Assembly: GCA_030248215.1 (NCBI GenBank)
Contig: JASANG010000932.1
Coordinates: forward strand, 186,001 to 250,000
Source: Enoplolaimus lenunculus
Lineage: Eukaryota
Reading direction: 5' to 3'
DNA: 64,000 bases
In this document: positions 1 to 14,000 of the stretch, one piece after another
How the letters are laid out: each line of letters opens with the position of its first letter
Numbering within the stretch: the first letter of the stretch is position 1
Notes under the pieces: generated by a model
Told to the model about the DNA's origin: nothing
Databases searched by the model: none
Seen by the model: the letters and a program-made list of their open reading frames with translations, nothing else
Made by a program: the position numbers and the translations under genes

Positions 1-503
1 TTTAGTTTAAAATGAACCATGTCAATTAAGTATGATTTGTGTCAATAACTGCCAATTTGTTTCAGTTAACGCACTTGTAAATTCCAGTGAGTTGATGTTA
101 AACTCAAAATAAGATGAATCTACTCAGAAGCCAGAGCTGTGAGTATTTCTGAACTTAAAATTCTGAATTGGTTGAAATCATTTTGGGTTATTTAATCAAC
201 TCATCCGGGATTAAATGAGCTCAGAGCGAGTTGATATTTACTGTGATTAACTGAGAAATAACCAGAAATGACTAATTTGTTTTCTGAGTTGATTGATCAT
301 GTCATTGGAATTTACAGTGGCGTCTTGCACTTAAAACAGAAGCAATTTTTTTCAAAGTTACTAAAGAGAACTGGTTAATGTTCATTTTGTGCCAAACAGT
401 TTCCGATAAAGTTAAAACTTTGAAAAATTCACAGACCTGAAAAATAAATTTCAAGATTTATTTAAACTTTACCTCGAAGCATTCAAGTTTCCATTAAGCC
501 TTA

Positions 504-800
504 AGCTCCGTTCACACGTGCCAGTTTTTGCAGCGAGAACTCGTAGTTGCAACTACACGAAATAGTTGCATGCTGCAAGTATTTTCAAAGGAACATTAAG
601 ATTAACCAATCAAACTGCTGGTGTAAGAAATTCAACCGATTTGCAACTGCGTTCACAGGTGCGAATTAAATTCAATCGCGCGAATTCCAGTGAATAATTT
701 GCAGCTGCAATAAGATAAAAGCTGTTTTGTGACCAAACATGCATATGCAAGTTGGATGTGCAAGATTTTGCAGCAAATATTTGAACGTGTGAATAGGGCT
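504..800. mobile_element. PIF/Harbinger-like MITE
   Basis: AGCCCTATTCACACGTG-type TIRs; TTA TSD. Confidence 0.75.
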
Positions 801-1641
801 TTATACTACTAAACAACAATTTTTAACAAATTATTGCGTTGGCCACTATTATAGCCATAACTGTAGATTGAGTGTATTCCTCAACCTTAAGCTTAAATCT
901 AAATGTTGAAAAAAAGTGTAAACCTAAGCTTACGTTTGAGCAAAAAAATATAGCCTATAATCTAAGCCTGGTCTTTAGCAGTTCCACCAAATAAACAGGT
1001 CGGCGCTAAAAGTTCAACTGCACATTTCTTTATGGTTTCGGCGCAATTTGTCACACAAGATCTAATTCAGAAACCGTACCAACATATTGTTCCAATTCCA
1101 AAGAAAAATATAACCTCTATAGGAACACGAAGAATGTGGGCAAACGGAATTAGGCATATTTTTACTGTCGTTCAGATAGCCGCGAAAAGATTTCGATTTA
1201 GCATAAAATTTCAGGAGTCTAATACATATTTTTCTCTCATTCGGTTAAAACAGTTTAAAAATTGAACTTTTTCAACATCATCTGGTTTCAAGATTCCCAT
1301 GAAAATTCTAAGTGTATAAAAATTAGCAAATATTTACCCACACTCTGAAAATTTTGCGTACCTGCAGGTGTCAAAATTTTCGAACCCGGCTCGCGTCTAC
1401 CCGCGGGTACCCGCAGGTAGCATGCAGTTCTGGTCTACAGGGCTGTCTTGTGGTCGAGCGTAGCACCTAAACTCGCCGACTGCGTTCAACACTTCGTTTC
1501 AATTGAAGTTTCAACTGAACACGAATAAATTCAAACTAAAAAAGGTTAATCCATTCAGTTTTCTTGCTCTGTGATGACTTTGAGAGAATGTTTAATTAAC
1601 AAATGTCAAGGTTTTGCAGTATCTTTTGAAAGGCATGTGTT

Positions 1642-1815
1642 CAGGCACGTACCCAGCTCACCTTGCTAGGGTGGTTGGCTAAAAAAAAATTTTCAGGAGG
1701 GGCATTCAAGGATTTTCAATGAGTTACAAACAGAGTTGAAAATTTTCTTGGGGGATACAAGATTTTTCCAGGGGGGCTGAGCCCCACCTGCCCCCCTGAT
1801 TGGCTACGGGCCCGT
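1642..1815. mobile_element. CAGGCCCGTAGCC-ended MITE (hAT-like)
   Basis: TIR-bounded; relatives at ~12950, ~15478, ~17485, ~46617, ~50200 and ~52584. Confidence 0.65.
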
Positions 1816-2044
1816 ATGTTTTACCAGGCGATAGAGTGTTTTCTTAATTTACGCTTGTTTATTCTTTGTCCAATCTGGACACTTGGTATATAATCTACAA
1901 CTCAATCTTAAACTCTGAAATTCACGGTTTTGAATTTCTGGCAAACAGCGATTCGCTCAACGGTGTGCAGCATCTATCGCCAGTTTGCAATAAACCCTCA
2001 AACCTGCGAAATGCGATTGGTTGAATTTGTTGCAGTTTGGTTAA

Positions 2045-2307
2045 CCCTTTCTCACATGAATATTTTCTATTTTCCCTGAGACATAATTTTATGCTTGGAT
2101 TCGAACTCCAGTGACTGGAGTGGGAGGCGTATACCATCACCACTGAGCTATAGGAGCTTCACGCTCGAGCCCGAGGGGGCTCTCACGTCTTGTGGTGATT
2201 TAGTACTATGTATACGTGTTGCATTGTTAAACACGGTTCCGATATATATTATTTAACGTATATACACTGCGCTGAGTTGCCTATAAGCAACTCAATGTGA
2301 GAAGGGG
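2045..2307 (-). mobile_element. piggyBac-type MITE with a tRNA-like internal segment
   Basis: TTAA|CCCT..TCTCAC ... GTGAGAAGGGG|TTAA. Confidence 0.85.
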
Positions 2308-3537
2308 TTAAGGTTCATAATACCATACAGAATAACCTGAGGTGAAATATACCGGACCGGGAGCCGGAGACAGAGATCAACGAAACTTGCCGGAGCCGGG
2401 GCCGGAGTTCGATTTTCTGCCGGAACCGGAGGAAGACCTCCGGTTGTACACTGCTAAAAATCCATGCGCGTTTACGATTGGTTATGTAGCGAAAACCATT
2501 TAGGGTGGGGCTATATTTTTGACGACGTCCGTTTCCTGCGGTCATCTTGAGTCACCGTGCGGATTCGTTCACGAGGCACACAGAGCACCGTATGGTGCCG
2601 GACGTTAAACCACAGCGACCGGCGATGACAAACCCTATTTTGTTCTATGTGTAGTGTTTCTGCTCAATTTTTTTTCACCAATTTCATTGGTAGAATTAAA
2701 AATTTTTTGTGCAATTCTTCTTTTAACTATCATCAAACGTATGACCGGATATGCACTTCCGTTTGCATTTGTGGTAAAATGAGGTGTCAGGTTCTGGTAT
2801 TTTCACTATCCGTTTACACCCTATCGCCAATGATCATATATTGCAATTTTCAAAGGTTTATCTGATGAACGCTTACTTCTATGACCAGTGTCACTGTACA
2901 TTGTCAAATCGTGTTATTTGAATAGCAATTCATTTGAGCCGATTCGCTTTTCATCCGCATAAAGGCACAGACGTAGACAACGTCGGATCCAGAAATGTTT
3001 GAACGCAGGGCGGTCCGGCAAAAGTTACCAAACGCAACGTTTTACTGTGTGCTATATATATATGCCAATTTTCTGAGAGTGGACAAATTGTAAGGTAGGG
3101 ATTTTACCATTTTATCATAAAAACATTTCTTGGGGTGCGTACGCTTTCCGGCACGCCTCTGGATCCGCTAGTGGATTTCGGTAGAGTTTTGGTTTATGGG
3201 ACGCATAAGCATTATATACGTATAAGGGTTTCATTGGATTTTTGAGAGCTGTAACATATACTGAAACGGTTTTACAAAAGTGTAAAAAGGGGATGATACA
3301 CCGGCCGGTTGCACCCCGCTGTTAGGCGGTGTCCTTAGTGCGATCAGTTCTCAAATGTTACCAATATTTGCTAAGTAATTTTCAATTTTCACCAATTTTA
3401 GATAAACAGTTGTTAATTTTTATCAATTTTAGCAAAGTAATTTTCAATTTTCACCAATTTTAGCTAAGTAATTGTCAATTTTTATCAATTTTAGCTAAAT
3501 AATTTTTAATTGTTATCAATTTCAGCTAAGTAATTTT

Positions 3538-3727
3538 GACATATGTATAGAACTGGGCCGGAACAATGGTATACTCATATTCCTAAGCCTAAGCCTATAC
3601 GTACGGATGAGCCTATTCCTAAACCTAAGCCTAAGCCCAAGCCTAAACAAAAAATTAGTCTAAAGCTTAAACTGACTCTATTATAGCCCGTCCGGAAAAC
3701 GATCCGGCCCTGTTCTATACATGGGCC
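3538..3727. mobile_element. TTAGGC-carrying MITE, inserted in a ~31-bp minisatellite
   Basis: GGCC(C/A)ATGTA(T/A)AGA(A/T)CAGGG-type TIRs; perfect 8-bp TSD GTAATTTT. Confidence 0.85.
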
Positions 3728-4350
3728 GTAATTTTTTAATTTTTATCAATTTTAGCTAAGTAATTTTCAATTTTTATATTATGGTCACGAGAAGTTTAGC
3801 TACGAATATGACGCAGGTGTTTTCAAGATTTGAAACGAATCAAACAAACCTTAGTATAATTTGCAGTAAATCATTTTTTAACCATTTTCTTTCCTAATAT
3901 TAATCATTCATTGTTCGCGCAATGCGTGTATAAGTTAAATATCACTATACATTCACGACCTGTGGGTGGTCGTTTTTGGGCTGTTCGAAAATTAAAGTTA
4001 CCCCGAGTATGGGATAGATTCGCCCTGAGGTATCGCACATAGAGGATCCCGAATTCAAACGTTTATGCACGCAGACAAGAATAACTAAGCTGGACCGCAT
4101 CTCTATGGACCAGGAAGGCACCAATTCAGCTACCACTGCTCAAATTGACCAAAGCTACAGTATTCAATCAACTATTGCAACGGATACCAAAATTATACAA
4201 AGAGTCGGATGCAACCGGTAGCTTAGTCATTAAGGACCAACGCCCCCTGATATTGGCAAATAACTCCAATTCGGCGTGGCACGACGGACCACTACCGTTC
4301 CGAACGTTTCGGCACTAAAATAATACTGTTTCCACAAGTGTACAATGCAT

Positions 4351-4712
4351 CTACTTCGAAAAAGCATTTTGATTGGACACTGGAAAGAAACACTGCAGAT
4401 CTATACGTATATGCCATTGGCAGCGAAAAATTGTAAGCTAGGGACCTTACCATTTTATCGCAAAAAATTTCTGACGGGACGTACGCCCCCTTCTGGTTCC
4501 GCTAGAGCCTATACGTCTACTTAAAAAAGCATTTTGATTGGACAATGAAAAGAAATACTGCAGATCTATACGTATATGCCATTGGCAGCGAAAAATTGTA
4601 AGCTAGGGACGTTACCATTTTATCGCAAAAAAATTTCTACGCCCTTCTGTTTCCCCTAGAATCTATATTTCTACTTAAAAAAGCATTTTGATTGGACACT
4701 GGGAAGAAAATA
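4351..4712. repeat. Local tandem duplication (~150-170-bp period, 2+ copies)
   Basis: ctactt..aaaagcattttgattggaca at 4351, 4518 and 4671. Confidence 0.85.
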
Positions 4713-5233
4713 CTTCCTATCTCTGGGTAAGCTTTTGTCCAATAAAACAGCTTGATCTCCTACGACCATTTGATATCAGTTTAAATGTAAGCGTAAATCG
4801 CAAAATAAAACATTATTTAAAAATCAAATTGGTAATAATTCATCTTATGGGATTGGCAGTCAAGTTGCTGTTCATATTTCAAATTGCACACAAGCGAATC
4901 ATTTTTTTTAAAAATGACCCCCTGTTTGGGTGCAAAATTTTAAATCTTACTCTGACGGTGGGACGTTTCGGTTTTTCCAGCCTCAGATCTCAATTTACAA
5001 AAAGTATTCCCTATTTCGGTACAAAATTTTCAAGGTTAGGTTCACTCCGGGGGGTACAATGCTCCCGGTTTACCGAGCCTCAGCTCGCAAAGAAAGCAAG
5101 TGTTTGGAAACCGGAATGCAGAACGGAACATGTGCACGAGCGTCAGTCCAGGGTTTTACGTAGTAGTCTTTATACCGGTATATAGGTAAACTGAGCACAA
5201 AGAGTCTTTTTAGCAATATGCAACTGCAGTACG

Positions 5234-5891
5234 CAGGGTGCAAAGCGGAACTGGATTATTCCGCAATCGGAATCGGAACTGCAAAATTACGCTCCGCCGC
5301 CCTTCGTTACTTATATATATCCGGTACTGCAATTATCCGTTGAATTAAACCTTTATTTGTAATGTGTCTATAGCTTGAGCGATAATACAAGGTTATACTT
5401 AGGAATGTACTTTCAAAATTTAAGTACGATGTAAAGTTTCGAACTCAATTTATTTGGTCCTGGAGTCATTTATGTGCTACAATTAGGGTTAATTGACTTA
5501 TATGGACTCTAATTAGGGTTTCGGGGACTCTATCCGCTTACGGACTCTTATCAGGGATACGGACTCCAATTGATTCGGACTCAAAATGGGAACCCCCTTT
5601 CTTATTACAACTCCCCCTCTTATTCGGGTCAATACAGTATACGGATAACTTGTATTAACAACTATAATATTGATTTAGTGTGGCTGTTGGTTAGCAACAA
5701 TTCTCAAAAACGTCGCATGAACAAATTGGCAATCATTTTGAATTCTTATACAACATATCACAACAAGTAGGCCTAAAATTAAAATGTGAAAATTCTGATT
5801 CCGATTGATGGTGCAATCTGAACCGGAATCGGAATCGGAACTCGTTTTGATTCGGAATTCAAATCGGAATCAAAATCCCGATTGCACCCTG
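5234..5891. mobile_element. hAT-like MITE (CAGGGTGCAA ends) with a nested TA-MITE fragment
   Basis: 8-bp TSD GCAGTACG/GCAGTAGG. Confidence 0.75.
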
Positions 5892-7012
5892 GCAGTAGGT
5901 TATTGAAATTTTTTTATGAAATTCCACATTCGCAGACCGCTGCCTAATATTCTAAACAGCCTACGACCGATCAGAACTTTAATTTTTGTACAAACATTGG
6001 GGTGGCGGCAGACATTAGCTTCCGTGTCCGGTAAAAATCGTAGTCAGTTTCCGTTATAGAAATACCGAAACACGGTTATTTGTATGCTCTTAGATTAGTT
6101 ATAAATCACTTTTATGTATCTCACAAATTTCATTTCAAATACGCTGCAATTGTTCGTTATGAAATAAAAATTACAAAATTCATCTAAAATGTTACAAATT
6201 CCGATGCGTATGCTTTTTTTAAAAAATTTTAGAAACGTTAACGAATGTTTGCATGCCTCAATTGTATTGGCAGAAAAATAAAATATCTTTGAAACTTATA
6301 GTCCTTCAATATCCGTTTTCGGTTTCCGCTCTTTTTTTCTATCTGTTCATTCCCGTCAGATCACGTTGCTAAGGGAGATTAAAATTGTTTCTGGGTATAC
6401 AAGGGTTTCCGATGACTTACAAGGGAGGGTCAAAGTTACTTTTAGCGGCGCAACAGTAGATTACGCGTATTGCAAACCCTAAGCCTAAACCTAAGCCTAA
6501 GCAAAAAATGTAATCTAGAGTCTGAAACTTTTCTTTTATAGACCCACCAGTAACCTGGACTCAACTTAAAGTAACATGGGCCCAAGCGCGCATGAAACGT
6601 AGGTTTTCTTTGACTGTGGAAACCGTATTTCAAACCGGAACTTGAAAATTTGAATGGCAGCTGGCATTTAGAAACATATATTAATATAATAGCACAATTT
6701 GAAATTTCTACTAGTTTGAAGTTTCTGTTTTTGTATTAAATAAAAGTTTATCAGGTGAAAAGATGTTCAATTACAAGTAGTAATATTTAACTCAATTTGG
6801 GTGTTGTATAATTTTTTTAAAATATAGGCTTTCAGTTTTGAACCAGTTATGGCTCCGATGGTGATAGTCGGCTACGCTTGTATTCCACTCCCTCCACGTT
6901 TGTTAGGTAAGGTTAAGGCTCACACTTTAGGCTTTACGCGAAGGCTTAGAGAAGGTTTGCTCTTAGGCATATATTTAGGGTCACGTAACCTTGACCTAAA
7001 GGCTACATTTAA

Positions 7013-7226
7013 CCCCTTCTCAAATAGAGTTGACTATGGGCAACTCAACGCAGTGTATATACGGTAAATGATATATATCGCACAGTGTTTAACAATAGCA
7101 ACACGTATACATAGTACTAAATCGCGACAAGACGTGAGAGCCTCCTCGGGCTCAAGCGTCAAGCTCCTATAGCTGAGTGGTGATGGTAAACGGTTGCCAC
7201 TCCACTGGAGTTCGAATCCTAGCATA
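7013..7226 (+). mobile_element. piggyBac-type MITE, truncated
   Basis: Homologous to 2045-2307; A-box and B-box present. Confidence 0.75.
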
Positions 7227-7405
7227 AAAGTAGGTACAATTTTCTACTGATTTGTACAATCGAAACCAGATTAGGAATTGCGCTATACTCGCCGTGCGCC
7301 GCCGCGTGCCAGCCCGCGGCACCACAAAGTTTTTTATTAAAAATTCCAACAGATTTTTCAACGACACGCGGCGGCGCCTGGCACAGAAGTACAGCGCAAC
7401 CCTAA

Positions 7406-7680
7406 ACCCCTATTCACACGGGCCAATTTGTGCTGCGAGAACTTGCAGCAGAAAATTACACGCAGAACTTGCATTTTTTCATCAGCCAATGAGAAAGCGG
7501 CTGCAATAAATTCAGCGAACTTGCATGGTTATTCACACATGTGAACAAAATTCCTAGCTACGATTGTAAATGAATTGTTTGCAGCTGCAAGTTTTTTGAA
7601 CGGGATTTTGGACAAAACTTGCAAGTGCAAGTTGCAGCTGCAATTTCTCGCAGCAAAAACTTGTACGTGTGAATAGGGCT
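7406..7680. mobile_element. PIF/Harbinger-like MITE ~180 bp upstream of the LGIC ATG
   Basis: TAA TSD; TIRs. Confidence 0.8.
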
Positions 7681-7859
7681 TAAATGCATATTCATCAAAG
7701 CGTCATTCCACAAATTTTATTCCTAAACCGAATTTAAGTTTCAGATTAAATACTTTATATTTATAAATAATTTAAAACGTATCTTACAAGCTTCGCTTAC
7801 AACATTGCTTTCCGATCCCTAAATCAAACAAAATCTTATCAGAAAACGTCCAAACAATC

Positions 7860-8077
7860 ATGACAATCGCATCGTTAAAATCATCGCTGATCCCTGTTTG
7901 CAAATTGCACTTAACAATTGGACCGAAATTGCTAATTTCAACTGCAATCACACTGCAGTTTGTGTTGATCGCATTCGATGTGTTACTGTTCGCAACTGCG
8001 TCAAGCAAACGATGTCTACCGCTTCAAGAATTTCCGGAAAAATATCAAAATTGTATTGATAAACAACTAATTTCTTG
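7860..8077 (+). CDS. LGIC exon 1 (start codon, signal peptide, N-terminal Cys pair)
   Basis: acaatcATG; hydrophobic LLISTAITLQFVLIAFDVLLFATASS; ends TG|GTAAGT (phase 2), completing TGG (Trp) with the first G of exon 2. Confidence 0.7.
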
Positions 8078-11000
8078 GTAAGTTTTTTTGATTATGAGGG
8101 TCGGCAAAAGCGCCCCCCCCCCCCGAAATCTTTAATTGACGTCGGGGTGCGAGCCTTGGATGGACCATGTTGGCAAACTAAAAATTTTTTCACAGACCAC
8201 AAAGTTGCACAGATGTGAACGATTGTATTGTCGGTCCTAAGGGCCTGATTAAAGGCCGAACTATTCTAACGCCGGTCCTATTCAAAGTATATCGCTTTCT
8301 ATATTGAGTACTTTGAATATATCTGAGTACTGACGAAACCGGAACGTTGGTTGATGGCGTCTGTTTTCCAACACTGGGATCCGGCAGTGGTTCCAATTAA
8401 TACCAGGGTCGATTTCAGGTGTCAGTATGAATTTCCGCATGGTGTCGCACGGTACATGTGGACCTCAAAATTGTCATATTTTCTTTTGTGCAACTTTAAT
8501 CATTTTTAGAACTTGTAAATACAGATGCTTAAATTGGGTACACATTTGTTGATTATAAAATATTGACTTTTAAAATAGAATTGGCAAAACGCGACTAATG
8601 TATAGAACAGGGTCGTAACAGTGATATGAGCATGTTACTAAGCCTAAACGTAACAATGAGCTTGCACCTAAGCCGAACCAAAAAAATTGTTTAAAGCTTA
8701 AGCATACTCTATTGTAGTCCAATGCGTTCTTATCCTGTACATGGACAAGCATAGCAAAAACCAGTCTAATACTTCAACTTTATCTATTGCAGTTCCGCAA
8801 AAATACATTCCGCCTATGATTTTTACATGAGCAAACCTAAGCAAAAAATAGTCTAAAGCTTAAGCTTACTCTATTGCAATCCCGTAAAAATACTGTTCCG
8901 CCCTTGATATTTACGTACATGGTCCCGAAACTGCTAAGAACTATTAAACTATTCAGTTCCTTCACCACACAAAAAAGATTTACATTCGAGGGGGTGCGTG
9001 GGTCGTTTGGCTTCCTTCATTGGTACACCCTTGAGCAAGCTTAGCACATGAATGCTAACTACTTGTCACTGGTAATTTGATATTCTTTACATGTAATATA
9101 TATTAATATATTTATATTAATATATGTATAAATTATGTAAATTATTGTAACAATATTCGCAATACGGGTTTATTTGTTTCAAACCAGGTTTTAAGCGTAA
9201 AATATTGATAAATATGGTATTTGAAGGCAGACACAGCGGAACCGATATACAAATGATTGTAAATTTATGGTCAGATTAAGCAATTGATGGATATTTTTTG
9301 TAAGCTTAAGCTATGGTGGATCTAATGGGAATGTATTCAAGCCTTTCACCCCCCCACAGAGATCGAAATTGAAGCCTTGTAGTTAGCTATAGTACTAAAA
9401 TTAAGCATCTTGCTCGCCAGCACTTGTCAAAAGTTGCAGCTGCAAGTATTTGCAAAGGTACATTACTTTCATTGTGAATCGTGACATAAATCTATGTGAA
9501 TAATTTGCAGACGACTGCAATCAATATCTAGCATAAGCTATGAATTATCAGTTCAGCCAATGATGATGAGTTTGACTTGCACGGCGATTCATGCATATGA
9601 ATTTTGCGTATATTCATAAAATGAATAAATTGCCGCTGCAAGAGATCTTCGAATTAATTTTTGAAAATTTGCAGCTGCAAGAAACATCATGTGTAAAGCA
9701 GGCAATAGTCAAAATTGCTTGACTTAAAAACGCCTTCATACCGATACAATTTCTATTTGGCTTATAAAAATATAAAACTAGTCGTTTCACCATATCTGTA
9801 GACGGCGAAATATCGAACAAATTTGATATTTAAATTAATTTTAAGCCCATTATCCAGTTTTGAATACAAATTTTTAGTCAGGGAACGAATATATTTTCAC
9901 ACAACCGTCCAAACATTCTTGATGCCATATAAATCCCCGAAAACTCGAAACGTTGCGCTGGGCCCATAGCCAAGCGAGTACTGTAGTGACTCGAATATGA
10001 CTCAGAGATTGGTATTTATTTGGCCTCTTACGGACTATTTTTTATTTTTATCCCACCCTCCGCCACCCTTGGTTACTGATATATTTCCGACATTGCAACT
10101 ATCCGTTTGCCTTGTATCAAAAGTTTGAGCGATAATGCAATGTTATACTTAAGAATGTACTTTCACAACTTAAATTATGCTTTAAAGTTTCAAACCCACT
10201 TTCATTTGGTCCTGAAGTCATTTATGCAGGACAATTAGAGATAATTGATATTTATAGACTCTAATTAGAGTTTGGGACTCTATCTGCTTACGGACTCTCG
10301 TGTTGATTGGGAATCAAAATGGAGACCCCTCTTATTACCCCTTCGTATTCGGGTCACTACAGTACGAAAGAAGAAATGCAATACCCAGACCCCTTGAAAA
10401 ATATTATTCATCCTTGCAGTCCAGTCAGGATGTAAACAGTGTTGTTGAGGGTTGCAAACCAATCTTAGGGGGGTACTTGATTAATTTCACAAGACTAATT
10501 AATAACCAGGGCTAAAGCTTTGTTAAAGGGGGTTTAACTTGTTCTAAGGGGCTCATCCCCGCTGGCCCCGCTTTGGTTCCGAGTTCGAACCGGCATGATT
10601 CCACGGAATCTTTTTAGCTAGCCCTATTAGCAGGGTGCAACCGGAGGCGAAAAATGCCGGAGCCGGAACCGAAACCGGAGGTCAACGAAACTTGCCGGAG
10701 CCGGACCCAAATCCGGATGTGAGGAGAAATTATGTAGCAAAAATCATGGTTAATTGTTTATTTTAGCCAATATCTGCAATATGTTGTTAAGCTGTTTGGC
10801 TCTTACGCTAATTTTCTACGAAATTTCGAAATTCTTTCGTGAAAATTGTGATAAAAGTAAAACGAAACGCGCTAAGCAGATAAATCTTGCAAAATTATGC
10901 AAAATTTTACTACTGAAATTGCCATAACATCCAGCAAAATTTCCACCGGAGCCGGAGCCGGAGCCTGAGGCAGACCTCCGGTCGTTCCCTGCCTTTTAGA

Positions 11001-14000
11001 GATGTAAAAGTGGGTAAAGATTTTTTTACCCGCGTTGCGCTTCATCCACCGCAAGATTCTGTTTGGAATACCATATATTGTTGCTGCCTTTCAAAAAACC
11101 TCAACTATTTTTCAATTTAACAGAACATTTCAGGAACGTAAAATACATATTTATTACTCATACGATAAAAACAGTTTAAAAATTCAAACTTTTCTACATT
11201 ACCTGGTTTTAAGTTCCTTATGAACATTTTAGACGGATAAAGAATCACAAAATTTTATCCGCGTTTTGAAATTTCGTACCCGCGGGATTATCCGCACCAA
11301 AATCTTCTGACCCGTACCCGCGGGTTCCAGAGGATAATGTGCAGCCCTGAGTCCTACCACGTTGAGCTTGGTACCCTCGTCCCTTTGCCATATGGGACTA
11401 TTAAGTTTTTTATCAGCGAACCGAGTTATATATCAGAGGTTGGCAATATTAACTTGACGAAATTTTTGGTTGGGCGATTTTTGAGTGACAGTTTTATAAA
11501 CTTTTAGATGTTATATCTTAGCGTTTATGAGAAAACTGTTCAATTTTCCATTTACATATCTACTTTTATTTTTAAGCTCACATCATACGTGCAAGTTTTT
11601 GCAGCGAGAACTTGCAGCTGCAATTTTTGCTAGTTTCATGCAGCTGGAAGTATTTGTAAGAAAACATCAATGATAATGAATTTATTCGACTTGCAAGGCT
11701 TTTCATGCCTATGAATTTATTCTTTTGGGCAAATTCATAATGAATAATTGCAGCCGCAAGTTTCAGCTGCAAGAAACGTTGACGTACGCGTAATGAAGGC
11801 TTTAGTCGAATTTTCTTGACTTGAAAACGCTTTCATACCGATACAATTTCTATTTAAAGCTTAAAAATGAAAAGCAGACTCGGCATAATCGCCGAAGAAT
11901 GCGAAATATCTAAGAGCTTTGATATTTTAATTAATTAAAGCTTCTAGAATAAATTCAAAAAATCTGAATTAATTCAGAAGCGCTCAACAACATGTCTTCC
12001 GATTGGCCAATCAAACCGCAGGTGCATAAAATTCAAGCTACTTGCAACTGCGTTTACACGTGCGAATTAAATTTAATAGCACGAATTTCAGAGAATAATT
12101 TGCAGTTGCAAGAAGTTAAAAGCTGTTTTGTGACCAAACTTACATATGCAAGTTGCGCGTGCAAGTTTTTGCTGCAAAAACTTGCACGTGTGAATAGGGC
12201 TTAATTCTCAAAGGGACTATTATACTCTTTCACAAACTAAACATCCAAGTTTAATACTTAGGCTCATCCTGAGGCTTGTATCCCACATTTCGTTCCGCCA
12301 TTTATCTAAAACAGAAGCCTAAACCTGAACCTAATCCTACGCCTGTAGGAGGGGAAAGTGATCACGGGCCCCCGTCCCTGTTGGAATTTTTCCGGGTGCA
12401 CTTGATCTCTGAAACCCGCTAAATATATCTCGGTTGTTCAAAGTCGTCCAAAATACCTGCAACCATTCGCAGTTTGAGGTAAAAAAGTTTTACTCAAAAT
12501 CACTTTTTAATTTTTGTAAAATCAAAAAATTAATTTTGAACTTTTGTCTTAAGAGTTTTTATTTTAGTATTTATTTTTCACACTGAAAGAACATTTTAAA
12601 CTTGAAGAGGTTATCGTATCGTGTATCTTGAACGTAGTGCAAAGTACTTCACGTTTGAAGGTTAATTCACCGCCGTGTATATGGTTTCCGGTTGTATATA
12701 AACATACAGGGTACAACCGGAAGTCTGCGTTTGTCCGGATCCGGAAAAATATCGAACGGTGGGTTTGATTCCGGTACAACTTCTGGCCAAAGTTGTGGAA
12801 ATTCTGGTAGTGAAACTTGTTGAATATTTGTTGTACATTTTTGCGTATAATGATGATTTCTGCATTAGTGGGGACATATCTTAACGTTCAGATGCCTTGG
12901 TTTGTTCAAAAATACGCTCTAAAATATAGTTTTGGTATACTTATCGATCCCATAGCCAAGGCGTGGGCAGGGGCGACTCAGTCTCCCATGGAAACATTTG
13001 GCCTCACTATAAAATTTTCAAATTTGTTAGCAAGTCATTAAAGAGCATTGAATGCCCCTCCTGAAAATTTTTTACAAGCCACCTAGGAAAGTGAGCTGGC
13101 TACGGACCGGATACTTATATTGGAATATTTTAAATTAGCAAAATTTCAACATTATTTTAGCTGCTTTATTTTTGCTTCACTTCCGGTTCCGGTTTTAGAT
13201 CCATAAAAAATAGACTTCCGGATGTGTTTCCGGATTTGTGCACTTCCGTTTGCAAGCCACAATTAGAATATTTATAGTTCAAAATATTTCAAACTTCCGT
13301 CTTTAAATTTTTACGGTTGTTATTTCTGTACCGAAGTAGAAATTATCAGCTACTTAGTACGTATCCATTTGACGGTAACTTGAATTTAACCTTAATCTTA
13401 AGCCCTATTCACACATGCAAATTTTTGTTGCGAGAACTTGCAGCAGAAAATTGCACGCAGAACTTGCATTTTTTCATCAGCAATTAAGAAAGCTGCTGCA
13501 CTAACTTCTGTGAACTTGCATGGTTATTCACACATGTGAACTAAATTCCTTGCTATAATTTTTAATGAATTATTTGCGGCTGCAATTTTTTCGAACGGAA
13601 TTTTGGACAAAAGTTGCAAGCAAGTTGCAGCTGCAAATTCTCACGGCAAAAACTTGCACGTGTGAATAGGGCTTAACTGAACTTTGCTTTGAGACGTTGA
13701 ATATGGAAGAATAAGAATTCAGTTGCGATGTAGAAAAATTGAACTTCAACTTCGATTCCAATTTAAGTTGTGTTTTAATTTGAACGTTGATTTATGTATA
13801 TACACAATATACTATATTCAGGGTGCAACCAGAATTATAAAATGCTGAAACCAGAAATTGGAATATTAAAAATACCGTGAGTCGAGCCGAAACCGGAAAA
13901 CAAAATATACTTGGTACCGAAAAATTCATTTTTAAAGCTATTTTATCGCATTTAATAAGAGAATAGTCTGTTTGAATTAACTCTTGAAGAGACGTTTCAA

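Noticed and set aside
3945..4320. Coding fragment possibly related to 63100-63490
   Set aside because: The similarity is too weak to support by eye and there are multiple stops.
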